A stretch of 64,000 bases of DNA. Origin: Lytechinus pictus (lineage: Eukaryota). Shown here one piece after another: positions 39,498-52,726 of this stretch. Each line of letters opens with the position of its first letter. The first letter of the stretch is position 1. The notes beneath the pieces are model-generated. The model did not search any database and was not told the DNA's origin. It saw nothing but the letters and a program-made list of their open reading frames with translations. A program made the translations under genes and the position numbers. The stretch spans positions 21,948,001 through 22,012,000 of the forward strand of contig NC_087252.1 of NCBI RefSeq assembly GCF_037042905.1, written 5' to 3'.

Positions 39498-39797
39498 GTG
39501 TGTAGCTTTGAAATTAAGATAAATTTATCCTTGTGTAGCTTTGAAATTAAGATAAATTTATCCTTGTGTAGCTTTGAAATTAAGATAAATTTATCATCTT
39601 GCAGCCTTGAAATCAAGATGAATGTATCCTCATGTAGCCTTGAAATGAAGATAAATTTATCCTCCTGTAAGCTTTGAAATGAAGATAAATTTATCCTCGT
39701 GTAGCTTTGAAATGAAGATAAATTTATCCTCATAAAGCTTTGAAATGAAGATAAATTTATCATCGAGTAGCTTTGAAATGAAGATTAATATATCCTT
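39498..39797. repeat. 33-bp minisatellite, ~9 copies
   Basis: (TGTGTAGCTTTGAAATTAAGATAAATTTATCCT)n; gives 11-aa periodic spurious ORFs. Confidence 0.9.
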
Positions 39798-40746
39798 GTA
39801 TCAGCAAGATGAATTAATCCCTATAATTGAAATAGATTTGTATGATATATTTATTTGATGTTATTCCTATTAAATGGTTGTATTAATTCAAATGCTGTTC
39901 CCGTTTGTTTCTTTTATTGTTAGAGATTTGCAAACATACATTGAATTGCCAATAGCCATTAAATAGAGTGATGGGGAGAATGTGTAGAAGAGAGAACAAG
40001 TCATACAAGTGGTTGTTAAGTGCAAAAATGTAAAATAAATATTGTGTAATGAATATGATGAACATTTGAAGAAAAATGAACAAAGATTCGTTCATTTTGA
40101 AAAGATTTACTGTTTCAATTAAAACGCTCTAAACCAATATTCTTTCACTGGGTCTAAATTCTGAGGATAGGACTTAGTTTTGAAGTTTTTTTTTCATTAA
40201 AAAAAAATATCTTGTCGGAAGGAAAGACTACGCTTTAATACTCGTGTTACTCCTCAAGAATATGATAGGGTCTTATAATTTAAAGATTTTTCTTCTTGTT
40301 TTTAATTCAAATGACTAGGTCTGGAATAAAGTCAACACTAAAAAACTTTGTTTCTATACAGGTTTTTAGTTTGAAGGATTGTTGGGTCTTAGATTGAGAT
40401 TTTTTTGCTTTGTTTTGTAATATTTGGCATAAAAAAAAAAGGTCTGGAGGAAAGACTACGCTACATCTCTATATTATAAGCTAAAACAACATCAACAAAA
40501 TTATTCAGCATTGATAATATTGTGAGGTAACTTTGCCTAGAAGCTCTTTAAAAATATTTTTAATAACCGAGTCCGGAGTAAAGACTTTGCACCTATGCGC
40601 TATATGAATGCATCACGACAGGGTTTTGGCTTTGAACAAATTCGTCGAAATATCCCTTCAAATTGATTAAATTTGTGAGTAAAGTCATTATTACTTTTGT
40701 GGGTGATCAAAAATTATTACATTTGCGGGTAAAGTATTATTATATT

Positions 40747-41800
40747 CAGGCGCGGATCCGGGGGGGGGGGGCCGAGCCGCCCCCTATATTTTGGCAACCC
40801 CCCCAAAAAATGTCCTTTTAACTTGAGAGAAACGCTGAAAAACAGAAAAAGTACGAAGGAGGTATTATACCCATGTTTAATTTGCGGCCTCGTAACGGCC
40901 GGCCCGATCCCCACAGGCCTACTCGCAGTGGCACTGCATTCTGTTGGTTCACATGTAAGCAAATCCCGCTACCGCAACTGACATTCTCCTTCACTCCATC
41001 AACGGCCGATTAGCTCTGCATAGGATTAACATATGCGCACAAGCAGGCCGTAAAACAATATTTAAAAATGCTTAAACAGGCGCACGCAATAGATACGCAA
41101 TTTGTTCTTTATTCGGAACGTGCTAGAATTATCCAGTTTCTTCTCGCGCTTCGCGCTCGCATCATTAATGTAGGAAGATGCTCAATTAGTCATCCTTTTC
41201 GTGATTTACGAACCATAGTGTGTCCCATTTTTAGGTCTAAATCTCTTTTTTTTCGCTCGCAATAAATGTTTAGTTATATATCTATCCTGTTTATAACAAA
41301 AAAGTGCTTAGAATGTGCATTTTTAAGGTCAGAATGTCAAAAAATTTCAGCTCGCGCTTCACGCTCGCATTATTTGATTGATGAAAAATGTATTGTTTTT
41401 ATGGGTAGCTGCAAACAGTCCTTAAGGTATGTTTTCCCATCAGGCTAGAACGTATGTTAAACATTTCTGATCGCGATTCGCGCTCGCAGTGATTATTTAG
41501 TTACATAAACATCTTGTTCACTATCACAATCATTGCTCAGAATGTTCAATTCTCAGGATAAAATACATAAAATTTCCTAAAAAGTTAGCTCGCGCTTCGC
41601 GCTCGTACTAATCAATTCGGGCTTATATATGAGATTATTATTTATTTATGTTTTGTGAGAATAAAGCTAACAAGTGACTATTAGGACTACCACTTCAAAG
41701 AAACAAATAAAAATCAACTTTGAGCGGCCGATCGGCGAAAATATGGGTAATTTTTTTTTCGCCCCCCCCCCCTTATTGGCGAAAGCTGGATCCGCCCCTG
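40747..41800. mobile_element. hAT-type non-autonomous element, D-specific
   Basis: CAGGCGCGGATCC ... GGATCCGCCCCTG; TSD ATTATATT/ATTGTATT; internal GCTCGCGCTTCGCGCTCGC repeats. Confidence 0.8.
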
Positions 41801-42038
41801 ATTGTATTACATTGTGGGTAAAGTGTTGCTACTTTTGTGGGCGTTGTTACATTTGTGGGCGTTATTACCTTTGTGGGAATTATTACATCTGTGGGTGTAA
41901 CAAGGGTCCACTACTTGCTTCGTTATGACTTTTTTTTATCCTAACCCTCCCACCCCCATATTGATGCATGAACTATTGGTATACATCCATCTTTACTACT
42001 TTTATAAGAATGTATTCATTTCAATATTTTCTCTATAG

Positions 42039-42341
42039 GGAGGTCAGAAAGTTGCCAAGCGAGAATCGGCCTCTGAAGTTCGCAGCGCCACCAAAACGCT
42101 TCTCTTCGTCGCCATAGCTTTCTTCATCACGTGGTCACCAATGTCCATCGTCACGATAGCCTACTCGATCGACCCGGCTTTATTCAATCCGCGGCTCCCG
42201 GACTGGTTACACCTGGTACCGTTGTGGCTGGTCTACGTGAATGGTCTACTCAATCCGCTTTGCTACGTTGTCTCGCAGCCGCTCTTTCGAAAAACCGTAT
42301 TTGGTTTGATTTCCCACCCTATCCGCTATTGTCGTGGTTAA
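42039..42341 (+). CDS. GPCR D, exon 2
   Basis: Same acceptor as C; 303 nt; FITWSP and NPLCY motifs; intron 5960 bp. Confidence 0.93.
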   Translation, partial: GGQKVAKRESASEVRSATKTLLFVAIAFFITWSPMSIVTIAYSIDPALFNPRLPDWLHLVPLWLVYVNGLLNPLCYVVSQPLFRKTVFGLISHPIRYCRG

Positions 42342-42359
42342 CGTAATCATGGATAAATA

Positions 42360-43050
42360 TTTGATTGATTGATTGACCGATTTATGGATGGATGGATTGA
42401 TTGATTGAATTTATTTGGCAAGTCCCCACAACATATATACAGTAGCATAAATAAACAACAGGCTTGCACCGGATGTTCCACAAAGCTCGAAAACTTATTT
42501 CCAATGGGGTCATCTCAAGTAAAAGATATTCTTTCAATTTTCTCTAAAAATTGAAAAAGTCTCCTGTTTTCTTTAACAGATTTAGGTCATTGGGGAAGAG
42601 AATTGCAATGTTTTATAGCATTGTAATAAAAGGAGTTACCAATACTACCTGCTTTTGGGTAAGCAGAAGTTGAAATGGCTGTTTCTTGTATTATAGTTAT
42701 GTAATTCGGTAACTAGTTTAAAGTTTGATCCAATAGAATGATTCGATCTATTGTGATAGATTTTATGCATGTAGTGCAGAACAAGCTGTTTTGATCTTTT
42801 GTTGACTTCAACAAAAAAATCTGCTCCAGAGAGTTCGGTGTAGTCAACTAGGGTTCTGGGAACAGAACAGTTAATGAATCTAGCCTTTTTATTCTGTATA
42901 ATTTTCAACTTCTTTTGATCGGATTTGCCTTTGCCACTAAACCAAGCAGGGTTAGCAACACAGAAAATAGTCTTGCTTTCTGATCCATACAACTTTGATA
43001 CCTGTACATACATTTCAGACGGGCATTCGCCTTTTTACGATTGATTCTAC
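42360..43050 (-). mobile_element. Duplicate LINE 3' fragment downstream of gene D
   Basis: ORF 42645..43013: KKLKIIQNKKARFI...LHNYNTRNS..FCLPK. Confidence 0.75.
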
Positions 43051-46017
43051 TGAAGACAAACATTTTTATCCAGGGGGTGCTGATGTAAATTTGACGAGCA
43101 AAAAAAAAAGGAAAAGGATTTCACTATAAAATGAAGGTCATTTTGGTTCCGAGAAATTTGACAAGCAAAAAACAAAAGGTTTCTATACAAAATGTAGGTC
43201 ATGTTGAATACATTTCTCCATTTTGTCACACCTACATCCAATGGGTGCTGCCTATATGGAGAATAACATACGCACCCCCCCCCCCCCCCCCCCGCCGTTT
43301 CACAGGGCCATGGGCATACAACGTTCAAAAGACCAGCAGAGTTTCTATTTTTTATTCCCTGCTTTCTTTACTTTAAATATTTTTGAATTATATTACAAAT
43401 ACTTTGGTGGTAATTTCATTAGATTACTGTCCGAACTCATTTTGAGATCGTTACCACAGCTGGTAGGCCTATATTTAATTCCAAACTTATACGTTTACTT
43501 AAGTTAAACCTATGAGATAAAAAAATAATGCCCAATAGCCTACGCTAGCCATGGCTTAGCCTAGCACTTTGTCTTCTCATTAATGACAATTTGATAATTT
43601 TAAGATAAGTTTAAGAATTGGATCTAGATATAGATCCAAGCCTTAGGTATAACGTTAGAAGGCTGGTAATTCGAGGGTGCTGATTCATTCATGGCATGCA
43701 ACATGAACGACCACAATTAAGTCTACGCGCATGCGTACTCTTATTCCGAAGACGCAAGTCATAAATATTCATATTGGGGTCCGGAACTGTTGTGGGAAAA
43801 ATAATTCCGCCCCCTGCTCTTTTACCGTTGCTTATATGTATCATTGTATAATTATTCACATTTTCAATTTATTCTTAGTGTTATGTATTATACAACTTTA
43901 CATAGTCCCTTCATGTTTTTCAGCACAAGAAAATGAATAGGAATGTTACGATATCCGAAGATTACAAGATCTTTATGTTTTATCTTGTTTTATCATTGTT
44001 TGGGGCACGTCTTGCAAAGAGTTAAGCTCGATCCGATCAACCTGAACTGTATGGAAATCCATCAATGTCATAATTTTGTCTACAGGAAAATTGCAAAGTG
44101 TCCTTTGTAAACAAACAGAAGCACACTGACTTTTCATGAAAAACGAAGAATGTGTGAATATACATCCTATCTAGCATAGACTTTGAACAAACATGCATTT
44201 TAGATGTTGAGGAGCTGGCCTTCAATAGTTGTGGTTTATCGGATCAATTGTAACCCTTTGTAAGACGGGTTAATTACTTGTAATCTGTGTAATTCAGTTG
44301 TTTTCATTTGCACTTTACTGTACACTTTTTTATGTGTATGCGTCAAGAGTCCGAGAATGATTTTGGTATTTCAAAGCATAGACTAGACTAATACAAATGA
44401 TTGAATTGCATGAAATTGAATTGGATGTAAGAAAATTGAAATTCAGTTTTAAGTCCATGCACATAATAAACTCAGACATTTTCTCTTTCCTCTAATTTCC
44501 ATCCTATGACAGGATATCCAAAGTTTTAGTGTCCTTGTGATATGTAGGATTCATTGTAAGAGAAGACAGAATACGAAATCAAGAGAGAAAATGGCATTAC
44601 TAAAGGGGGCAGAAAGAGGAGTATCAGATTAGGTACAGTCACATTTCCCCTGCGGCGGCCTTTTGGCGAATCGAAAGCAGCCCTTTTAATACTACCACCT
44701 ATCATGTACATGTGAGTAATTCGTTTAGAAACACATAAAACGTCCCTTTTTTTCAGTTCGCCGGATGGGAAGTGTGACTGCACCACGAACGTAAAAGATA
44801 AGGAGAGGAGAGGGGAAATTGAAGAGAGAGAGAGCAATGCATTAGAGAGGGAGAGGGGGAGACATGACATTTAGGGAAACGTGCAAGATGACAACATAAT
44901 GAAGGTTCGACAGGTCGAACAAGTGTTGGAAAAAGCTTTCATGATGGTATTCTGTTCAAGAAAAAAATACATATTTACGATTACCAGTAACCGTCTCGCA
45001 TGACTTGCCTAAGGAATTAGATTCAATTAAAATGAGACCCAATCTCCATCTTTATTTTATCATCATCCTAATTCTATAGTGCCATATTCCATGTAACAAT
45101 GAATAAGGGAGATGGAATATGTGTATGGTTTGGAGCGGATCGATGAATTAAAAGATATTGATAAAAAAAATTAAAAAATACATGGTTGTAAAGACCAAGA
45201 CAATTGCTTGACATTGGTATCCTTATTTTGACACATAACCAAGGATTGGGGAGAATATCGCAAAAGAGCTACATGCTGGTAATTTCAAGTCTGAGCTGTT
45301 TATATTTTCCCTGTACAAAAACGCTATATGGAAAAAGAGATACATTTTGACTGAATTTCAATGCGCGCGATCAGTCAAATCGTCGTATCTCTCTTTTACG
45401 TGCAAAGTCAAAGCAGTGCCGATACGACGGTTTGGCTGACCGTGCGCATTGAAATCGCGGTCAGTCAACTTTTTGGTGTCATTTGAAAGTTGACTTTATT
45501 GGCTTTCCATATATATAAGTCTTTCCCTCCAAAGTGATATAATTTTTATTTGGCAGCCATTTCAAAAGTGTATAGTTTCTTTTTTGGGGGGGATTGGAGA
45601 GTAATAATATTGGGAATGAAATTCTAACCCCATTTAAATGCTTTAGGGCTATATCTTTTACAGGGAAAGTATATGCGTCTCGTAGCTTTAGCTACTATAA
45701 CAAAGAGGACAAGATGGCCATGTAAACATCGGTAAGTTAAATCTCATCTTCTCATAATGAATTTGTGTAATTTTTTATTAATATTGTTTTCAAAATATAA
45801 TTAATATTGAATAAGTGTCGGAAATGAAGTTCTAGCCCATGCTGGTACAAGAACATTGATTAGCTAGTGGCAGCATAGTTGTAAAATCCATGTAAGAAAA
45901 GTCACAACTGTTCGGATACTAAGCGTATATAAATCACCAGTTTAACCATTTTGCCCATTTTGGCGTGACATGGCTAAAAGAAGACCCTGTACAATGTGAG
46001 TTAGGGTGGTGACGATG

Positions 46018-46165
46018 NNNNNNNNNNNNNNNNNNNNNNNNNNNNNNNNNNNNNNNNNNNNNNNNNNNNNNNNNNNNNNNNNNNNNNNNNNNNNNNNNNN
46101 NNNNNNNNNNNNNNNNNNNNNNNNNNNNNNNNNNNNNNNNNNNNNNNNNNNNNNNNNNNNNNNNN
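46018..46165. other. Assembly gap (148 N)
   Basis: Run of N. Confidence 1.
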
Positions 46166-46227
46166 GTGCTGCTGATGATGACGATGATGGGGAGCATGAC
46201 TGTGATGGATATGATAATGATGATGGC

Positions 46228-47125
46228 TTTGATGTCAGACGAAAAAGAAGCACAACCTTTGACCTGTTTATTGCTTCCGTTTGATTAACTGATGAGGGTG
46301 TATACATCTGCCAGATGAATACGAAAACCCCAAAATCTCGACAGGTCGAGTTACGTGTAGGACGTAAGCTGGTTATTTGTCTGATTTTCCTCCCTTAACA
46401 TCCTTAACAACTGATGGATGCACTACGAATTGTGGCATTTTAGCGCATGTGCCGTCTTTCTCCCTAACATTTTGTTTCATAACACACCATACACAATCGC
46501 AAACCCACACTATAGTCACACACACACTCTCCCACAAATGCACGCGTACACGCACCCACACCCAGACATGCACGACCTTCCCTTTGGCTTACAGACTTAA
46601 TATTTACCCGTGAGATTTCAAAGAGAGAGGCAAAATATAGCTTCTAACGAAAATGAATGTCTATGTTGATATCTTGACCCCAGAAATTTAAGAAGGATTG
46701 CTTCAAAGACGTTTTTTCTATCGACTAAGAGATTCGATAGATTCTCATCGATTTTTGTTTTCCTATTCATGACATCGATTCATATACTTTTTCCGTTCCT
46801 CATTTTCGCAAGGACCATCGTTTATCCAGGCCATCAACTATGAAGAATGCGCCATTGATCTACAGGTTCAAACTCCTCCCATTACCGTCAACGAATCTGA
46901 ATCGTTCTACGTCGATTGCATCATTTCTGGATCCCCACCCCGCTCTTACAATGTATCTCATTGGTCAACGATATCGAGTCAGCAATGAATACGCAGTATG
47001 TTAACGTAAATGGAGGAATCCGATTGGTTGTTGATGATGTATCACGTGATGATGGAGGCGACTACGTTTGCAGAGCGAGCAATTCATACAGAGTAGCGGA
47101 AAATTCATCAGATTGGCCGTGCTAT
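46228..47125 (+). pseudogene. Second copy of the Ig-superfamily relic (46228-46363; 46813-47125)
   Basis: Same exons; GGA>TGA stop at 46282-46284; DDVSRDDGGDYVCRASNSY; frameshifts. Confidence 0.82.
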
Positions 47126-47779
47126 GTAAGTTGTGTGCCTTCTTCATTACACGAAAGAAATATTAAAGCTTTGCTAACGGGTCAATAATGTAAATCACTT
47201 TTTAACTTATCATTTAATATTCCCATCACAGAATTGTAGTGGTCTTTCTTGATTCTGAACCTAGGAAATACAACTTTGGAACTGTATCGTATTAAGTACC
47301 TTCTCTCGATAATGTTTTCACTTTCACTTTAAAATAGCCTTTTGATAACTAATTAGGCCTACCTTACAAATTTAGCGAAAGACTAGTTTATGTTGGTATA
47401 AATACAGCATCACGCCTACACTTCTCAATTCCCCTGGGTTGGTGACCTCTTCATGCATTAAGATATTCTAGTATTTGGTTGTAATTTGGTTGTAGTTTGA
47501 CCCTTTCTGGCCAAAAATTTCCCTCCTATAGGAATTACATCATTGTCACCCCCAGCAAGGCACGTAATGGTTATTTTTTTAAGAAACTCAAATGAAGGGA
47601 GTGAAGCGACCGACCTTGTCATGTGGGCATTAATGTATTTTCTAAAGTGAAATTGAAGGATTTTTTAAAAATGTTGGTGAATTCTGTGAAAATCTTCCTT
47701 CCAAAAATGTATGTTTAAAAAATTTCCTGGGGGCAACTACCCCCCCCCCCCGGATGCGTACAACCATATTAAGTCAAAT

Positions 47780-48345
47780 GGTCAAACCAGCAAAGTATAT
47801 CCAATATGTTATTGGTCAAGCAAGAAAAGTGGTAGGTGGCGACTTCACCTTTGACCTTCTGACCTTAAAATCAAGAGAATTTCTAGGATCTATGGTAGTA
47901 TCATACACACCAAATTACATGAGCCTAGGTTAAGTTAAACTGAAGTTATCGCGTTTACAAAGACTGCAGAAGGGTAAGATGAAAACAGGTCAGTGTGATC
48001 TTTACCTCTGTTATTTTGACTTCAAAATCAATAGGCTTCCTGTGATTCATGCTAGTATCATACACACCAAATTATATGAGCCGAGGTTAAGTTTAAAGTT
48101 ATAGCATTTACAAGGACTTCAGAAGGGTAAGATGAAAACATGTCAGTTTGACCTTGACCTTGATATTTTGACCTCAAAATTGATAGGCTTCCTGCGATCC
48201 ATGCTAGTATCATACACAATTATATAAGCCTAGGTTATGTTAAACTTAAGTTAACGCATTTACAAGGAAAAGTTAACGGACGGACAGACAGACGGACGGA
48301 CACCGAGCGTGATACCATAATACGTCCCTGTAGGACGGGCGTATA
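47780..48345 (+). mobile_element. Helentron-associated non-autonomous element (HINE-like)
   Basis: ~160-bp internal tandem units with TGACCTTGACC, (ACGG/ACAG)n tract at 48276-48300, 3' hairpin TACGTCCC...GGGCGTATA. Confidence 0.6.
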
Positions 48346-50752
48346 GAAACTACTTTCGGAAATCCCGCTCATTAAACTTATAATCTGCAAATTATTAACT
48401 CTCCTCCCCCTTTATTAAACTTATAATCTGCAAATTATTAACTCTCCTCCCCCTTTATTAAACTTTTAAAATGATAATTAATGCTTTATATCGAACATAA
48501 TGTAAAAAACCCCATCATTTATCAAGTCTCCGCTACATAAAACCATTCGTAACTTGAGCTATTTATACAAAACAGTAGCACAAATAATTAATACATGAAG
48601 GAACTCGGGCAGGACCGTCGCTATAGGGGGTGGGGTGCGACATCCCCTCCCCCACTACTCTGGATATCGTCGGTAATTCTGCGCTACCGTCAGAAAAAAA
48701 TGAAAGGGGCAAAAAGAAAAAAAAAAGGAAAATGGAAAGAGGAGAAAGAAAAGAAAAAGAAAGTAAGAAAGAACAAAATAAGGAAGAAAGAAATGAAGAA
48801 AAAGGGAAGAGAGAGAGAGAGAAAGAAAGAGGAAAACAAAATAAAAGGAAAACAACATGAAAGAGAAAACCAGATAGAGAAGGGGCGGGGTAGACGAGGT
48901 TTTGAATAGGTCCGTCCGCCCTGCTTGTAGGTGTAACTAAAAATGCGGATCGTGAGATGTTGGAAAAAGGATTTACTGTCTGTCACCCAAGCGCAGGTCT
49001 GTTGGACTGATTGATGTCTGTCGGAAAAGTGACGAACTGTCGGCACAACAATTTGTCATTTTCCCGACAGACGTCTTTTTTACACATTTTTCACAAATTA
49101 TTTTACTCCTTGCTCTGGAATTTCATGACAAAAAAAATTGTCACATGCAACATACTCTGCCCACTCTTTTTTTTAAGGGGAGGGGGTCATCACGCTAATA
49201 ACGATCTCTGTGATCACGCTATTCCCGCGTAGAGCTTCGCGCTAACGCACACGAACAATCACGAAAAATTATGTTCACACTGCTTCACATCATATGACCG
49301 GGAAATTTGGCTCTTGAACCCCCACCGGTCACCGACGCCTACTACGTCCCTGTTACGCTCTACTACTGAGCCATCACACCGATTATGTTTTACTAATCTA
49401 AACAATACATCATTGTTCTATAAATTATAAAGGCAATTATTCATTTTCTATGACATGATTTGAACGCATAAATCAGTTCAAACTCAAGGTCTTCGTATAA
49501 AATTGAGAAACTCTGATTGTGTGTTCATAATATTACTTTGTACAAATGTATGCCTCAACGAAATCTAGATAAAGATCAATCAATTCTAAACGGAGAAACT
49601 AAATCGTTCTGAAAGCATCAATAGCAAATGATTGCCTCTTTCCCCACAATCTTTAAAAGGCCGCACCACTATTAATTTTAAAGATGTTTTATAGATCTTT
49701 TATTGAATATAAAAGAGATGATTCAGAATTAAGCCGTATTCAATTGGGTGATATTGATTATATTCTTTACAATTTAAAGTTTGTTTTCTTCGGAAAATAT
49801 CAAGAGACTATTCTCAACCTTCATGTATGATACACTTAGCCTACTTGAAGATTAGTGTTGACAATGTAAAATGAGGTTGTCCTAGGTTTTTATAAAGCGA
49901 AATAATATCCTTATAAAACATTAGAAATCAATATTTTTTTCAAAAAGTAGAAACCGACGGTCAACGAAATGCCTTACTATATCATTTTCCCTATTCATTG
50001 GGAGATCGATTTTTCGCTTGGCCAAAGAACACGCTATAGGGACGGTAACACAAATATTTGTGATCAATTTCAAATAGCAAAAACGATGTTCATAGTTTGA
50101 TAATCATCATAATGGGTATGTTGATCATTATACTATTTTGACCGTTTTCTCGTTTCGGCATTTGTTAAATTCTTTTTTTATATTGATTGTAAATATTTGT
50201 GTAAACGGTGCCCGAAACAAATTTTATTAGATATAATGCTCAATTGTTAAGATTCTTTTTCGGTTCTAAAACTACATTAATTCATTCCTGTCATCCCAAT
50301 CTCCCTTTCTCTCCCTCTCTCTTCCTCTCATTCTTCTCTTATCCTCCTCCCCCACTCTTTCTTTTTCTATCTCTTCAAGATTTGCCAATGAGGGTTCATC
50401 GCTCTTATCATCAAATCAATAGATTTAGTTTTATTATATTTTCAATAAGTGCTTTAGATTAAATGAATTTTTGAATTATGACGATACTAAATGCACTTAG
50501 TTAAAATATAATGCAAAACCTTTATAAGTTGAAAAAAAATAATATTGCCTCTCACGCGAATGGGGCGTGTAATTGGCGCGACTGCAAATATACATATATT
50601 TAGTCATGGGTTAAATAGAGTTGTGCAGCATTTGGGAAATTAGATCAGACCAAAGTGGCCAGAGACCTATAAGGGTATCTTACAAACGTCTCTAGAAGAG
50701 TTTTTTTTTTACCAGGAAGTGTACTTGTCAGATCACAGAGCCATCATCGACC

Positions 50753-51538
50753 ATGGACGCTGAAGGCAATACAACTGAGTTACTTCAAGAACAAACAGAA
50801 ATAGCAGGTACAGAACTTACAGAAGTAGGTACAGAGCCTGATAGAAATGGGTGGATCCCGTTGTTACTCCTGCTTTTCGTGTTCATTATGATTGCGATCA
50901 ATGGTATCAGCCTGGCCGCCTTTGCCGTCGAGAAACGGCTGCGTGGCTACAACAACTACTTCATCATAAATCTCACTCTCTCGGACTTTATCTTCGGGTT
51001 TTTTCTCGTCATTACATGCTTACACATGTACCTTGGGCGTCTTCCCTTTCCCTTTCCGGTTAGGTGCAAGGTGTTCTACGGTGTCAGCAGCAGCATCCAG
51101 TTCGTATCTAACCTGATCATCGTCACCATCTGCGTTGACAGACACCGGGCAATCTACGATCCCATCGGACATTTCACAAGACGAAGAAAACGAACGGCGC
51201 TTTACACCAACATCTGCGTGTGGATCGTTTCTTTTGTTTTCTGGTTTTCATTCTCGACAGTTCCTGACTTTTTCCTGCAGTTTCGGCTCGGTTCAGAGTG
51301 TTTTCACTGGTATTCTGTGTTCCCAATCGCCCAATTCTCGACCGTACTGATCCGCTTCATCATCCCTTTCACCATAACGTTGATTCTCTACATACGGATC
51401 TTTATAAAGATTCGAAGGATCGCCGGTGGAAGGCACATCGACAAGGAATTTACTGAAGACACCGCAGTGTCAGATCATAGTCTAGCGGAAGATAATTTCA
51501 AGGAAAATAAACAGCGCCCTCAAGTAAATACAATATCT
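50753..51538 (+). CDS. GPCR E, exon 1 (262 codons), inverted-duplicate sister of B
   Basis: ORF 50753..51574; TCT|GTAAGT donor at 51539. Confidence 0.95.
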
Positions 51539-52423
51539 GTAAGTAGCACACTCCTCTCTGTTCCGTTTAGGTGAAGTCACGCGGGAACGATTTCAATAAC
51601 ATAGATGTATTATCAAATGTCATTCATAATGAGCAACCGAGAAATATTTGTCGAAAAATGGTGAATCAAAACGGTCCTGGACTCTGGACAAACGACATAT
51701 TTGCAATTTTCCGTCAGCTCCGAAACTTAGGACGAACTGCTTATCCGGCTCACCAATTGTCGGCAAAGTCCCCCGCAGCTAGTCATTGTCATTCGAGTGG
51801 CATTTTCAATAAATTTATTGTGTTCGAAAATTCTGCGTGGCGGTGAGAAAACTGTTATGTTAACCAAACCAAAGTTGCCTATTAACAATTTGAATTGTCT
51901 TGTTAGTTAAAAATCAGTTCCAATACATTTATAATTATTATATACCTAATGGATACGGAAACTTTATACAAAAATTGGGATAAAACGAGTAACTACGCTA
52001 AAAGCCATGTCTGCATAGTTTGGAAGAGTATATGAATGCCACTTTTATGGACTTATGAGCAATTGGTTCACAAAACATCATGATTTTAACTAAGACCAAA
52101 TGGTTTACTGTGCTTTTACCAACCTTGCGAAAGAAAGACATCACGAAAATTAACGTTGTTGTCTCAAGACAATGCCATCGGCGATAATAGCTAACACATT
52201 CTCATATCTTAGAATTGTTTTCTTCTCTGTTGCGATTCATCTGGACGTATGCCCGGAATGTCGTAGGTGTCACAAAAGTTCATATCTTTCTTCATTCATA
52301 TATATATTTACTTGTTTTTTATCGTTTAATTTATTGAGTAATTGACTATTTTGTTGAGGTGCTTCATTAATTTTGTTCGCTTACAACTGCCTGTTTGTTC
52401 ATTTGTCGGTTCCTTTTCTCTAG

Positions 52424-52726
52424 GGAGTTCAGAAAGCTGCCATTCGTGAGTCAGCCTCTGAGGTTCGAAGCGCCACCAAGACTCTACTCTTCATCGTATT
52501 GGCCTTCTTCATCACGTGGTTGCCAATGTCTCTTATGTCGATTGTCATCACTATCGATCCAACGCTCGGCTATCCGCGGATACCCCTCTGGGCTTATTGG
52601 ATACCTATATGGATCATTTACTTGAACGGTCTACTCAATCCAATTTGTTATGTCATCTCCCAACCGCTCTTTAGGAGAACCGTATTTGGTTTGCTCTGCC
52701 ATCCTATCCGGTATTGTCGTTGCTAG
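52424..52726 (+). CDS. GPCR E, exon 2
   Basis: ttttctctAG acceptor; GVQKAAIRESASEVRSATK...FITWLP...NPICY...YCRC*; 303 nt; intron 885 bp. Confidence 0.95.
   Translation, partial: GVQKAAIRESASEVRSATKTLLFIVLAFFITWLPMSLMSIVITIDPTLGYPRIPLWAYWIPIWIIYLNGLLNPICYVISQPLFRRTVFGLLCHPIRYCRC

Larger units (their letters stand above)
38870..41902. mobile_element. Duplicate Ginger-like element, D intron
   Basis: Same termini and AGGGT TSD; different nested inserts. Confidence 0.7.
28820..47555 (+). repeat. Tandem segmental duplication, copy 2 (gene D block)
   Basis: Colinear with 8790..27160. Confidence 0.92.

Noticed and set aside
39498-39797. CRISPR-like array
   Set aside because: Head-to-tail units without unique spacers, no cas genes, eukaryotic context
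8790-47555. C/D blocks as two haplotypes assembled in tandem
   Set aside because: Judged less likely given many copy-specific TE insertions, apparent ~10% non-coding divergence and no gap at the junction, but not excluded in a highly heterozygous genome; needs read depth
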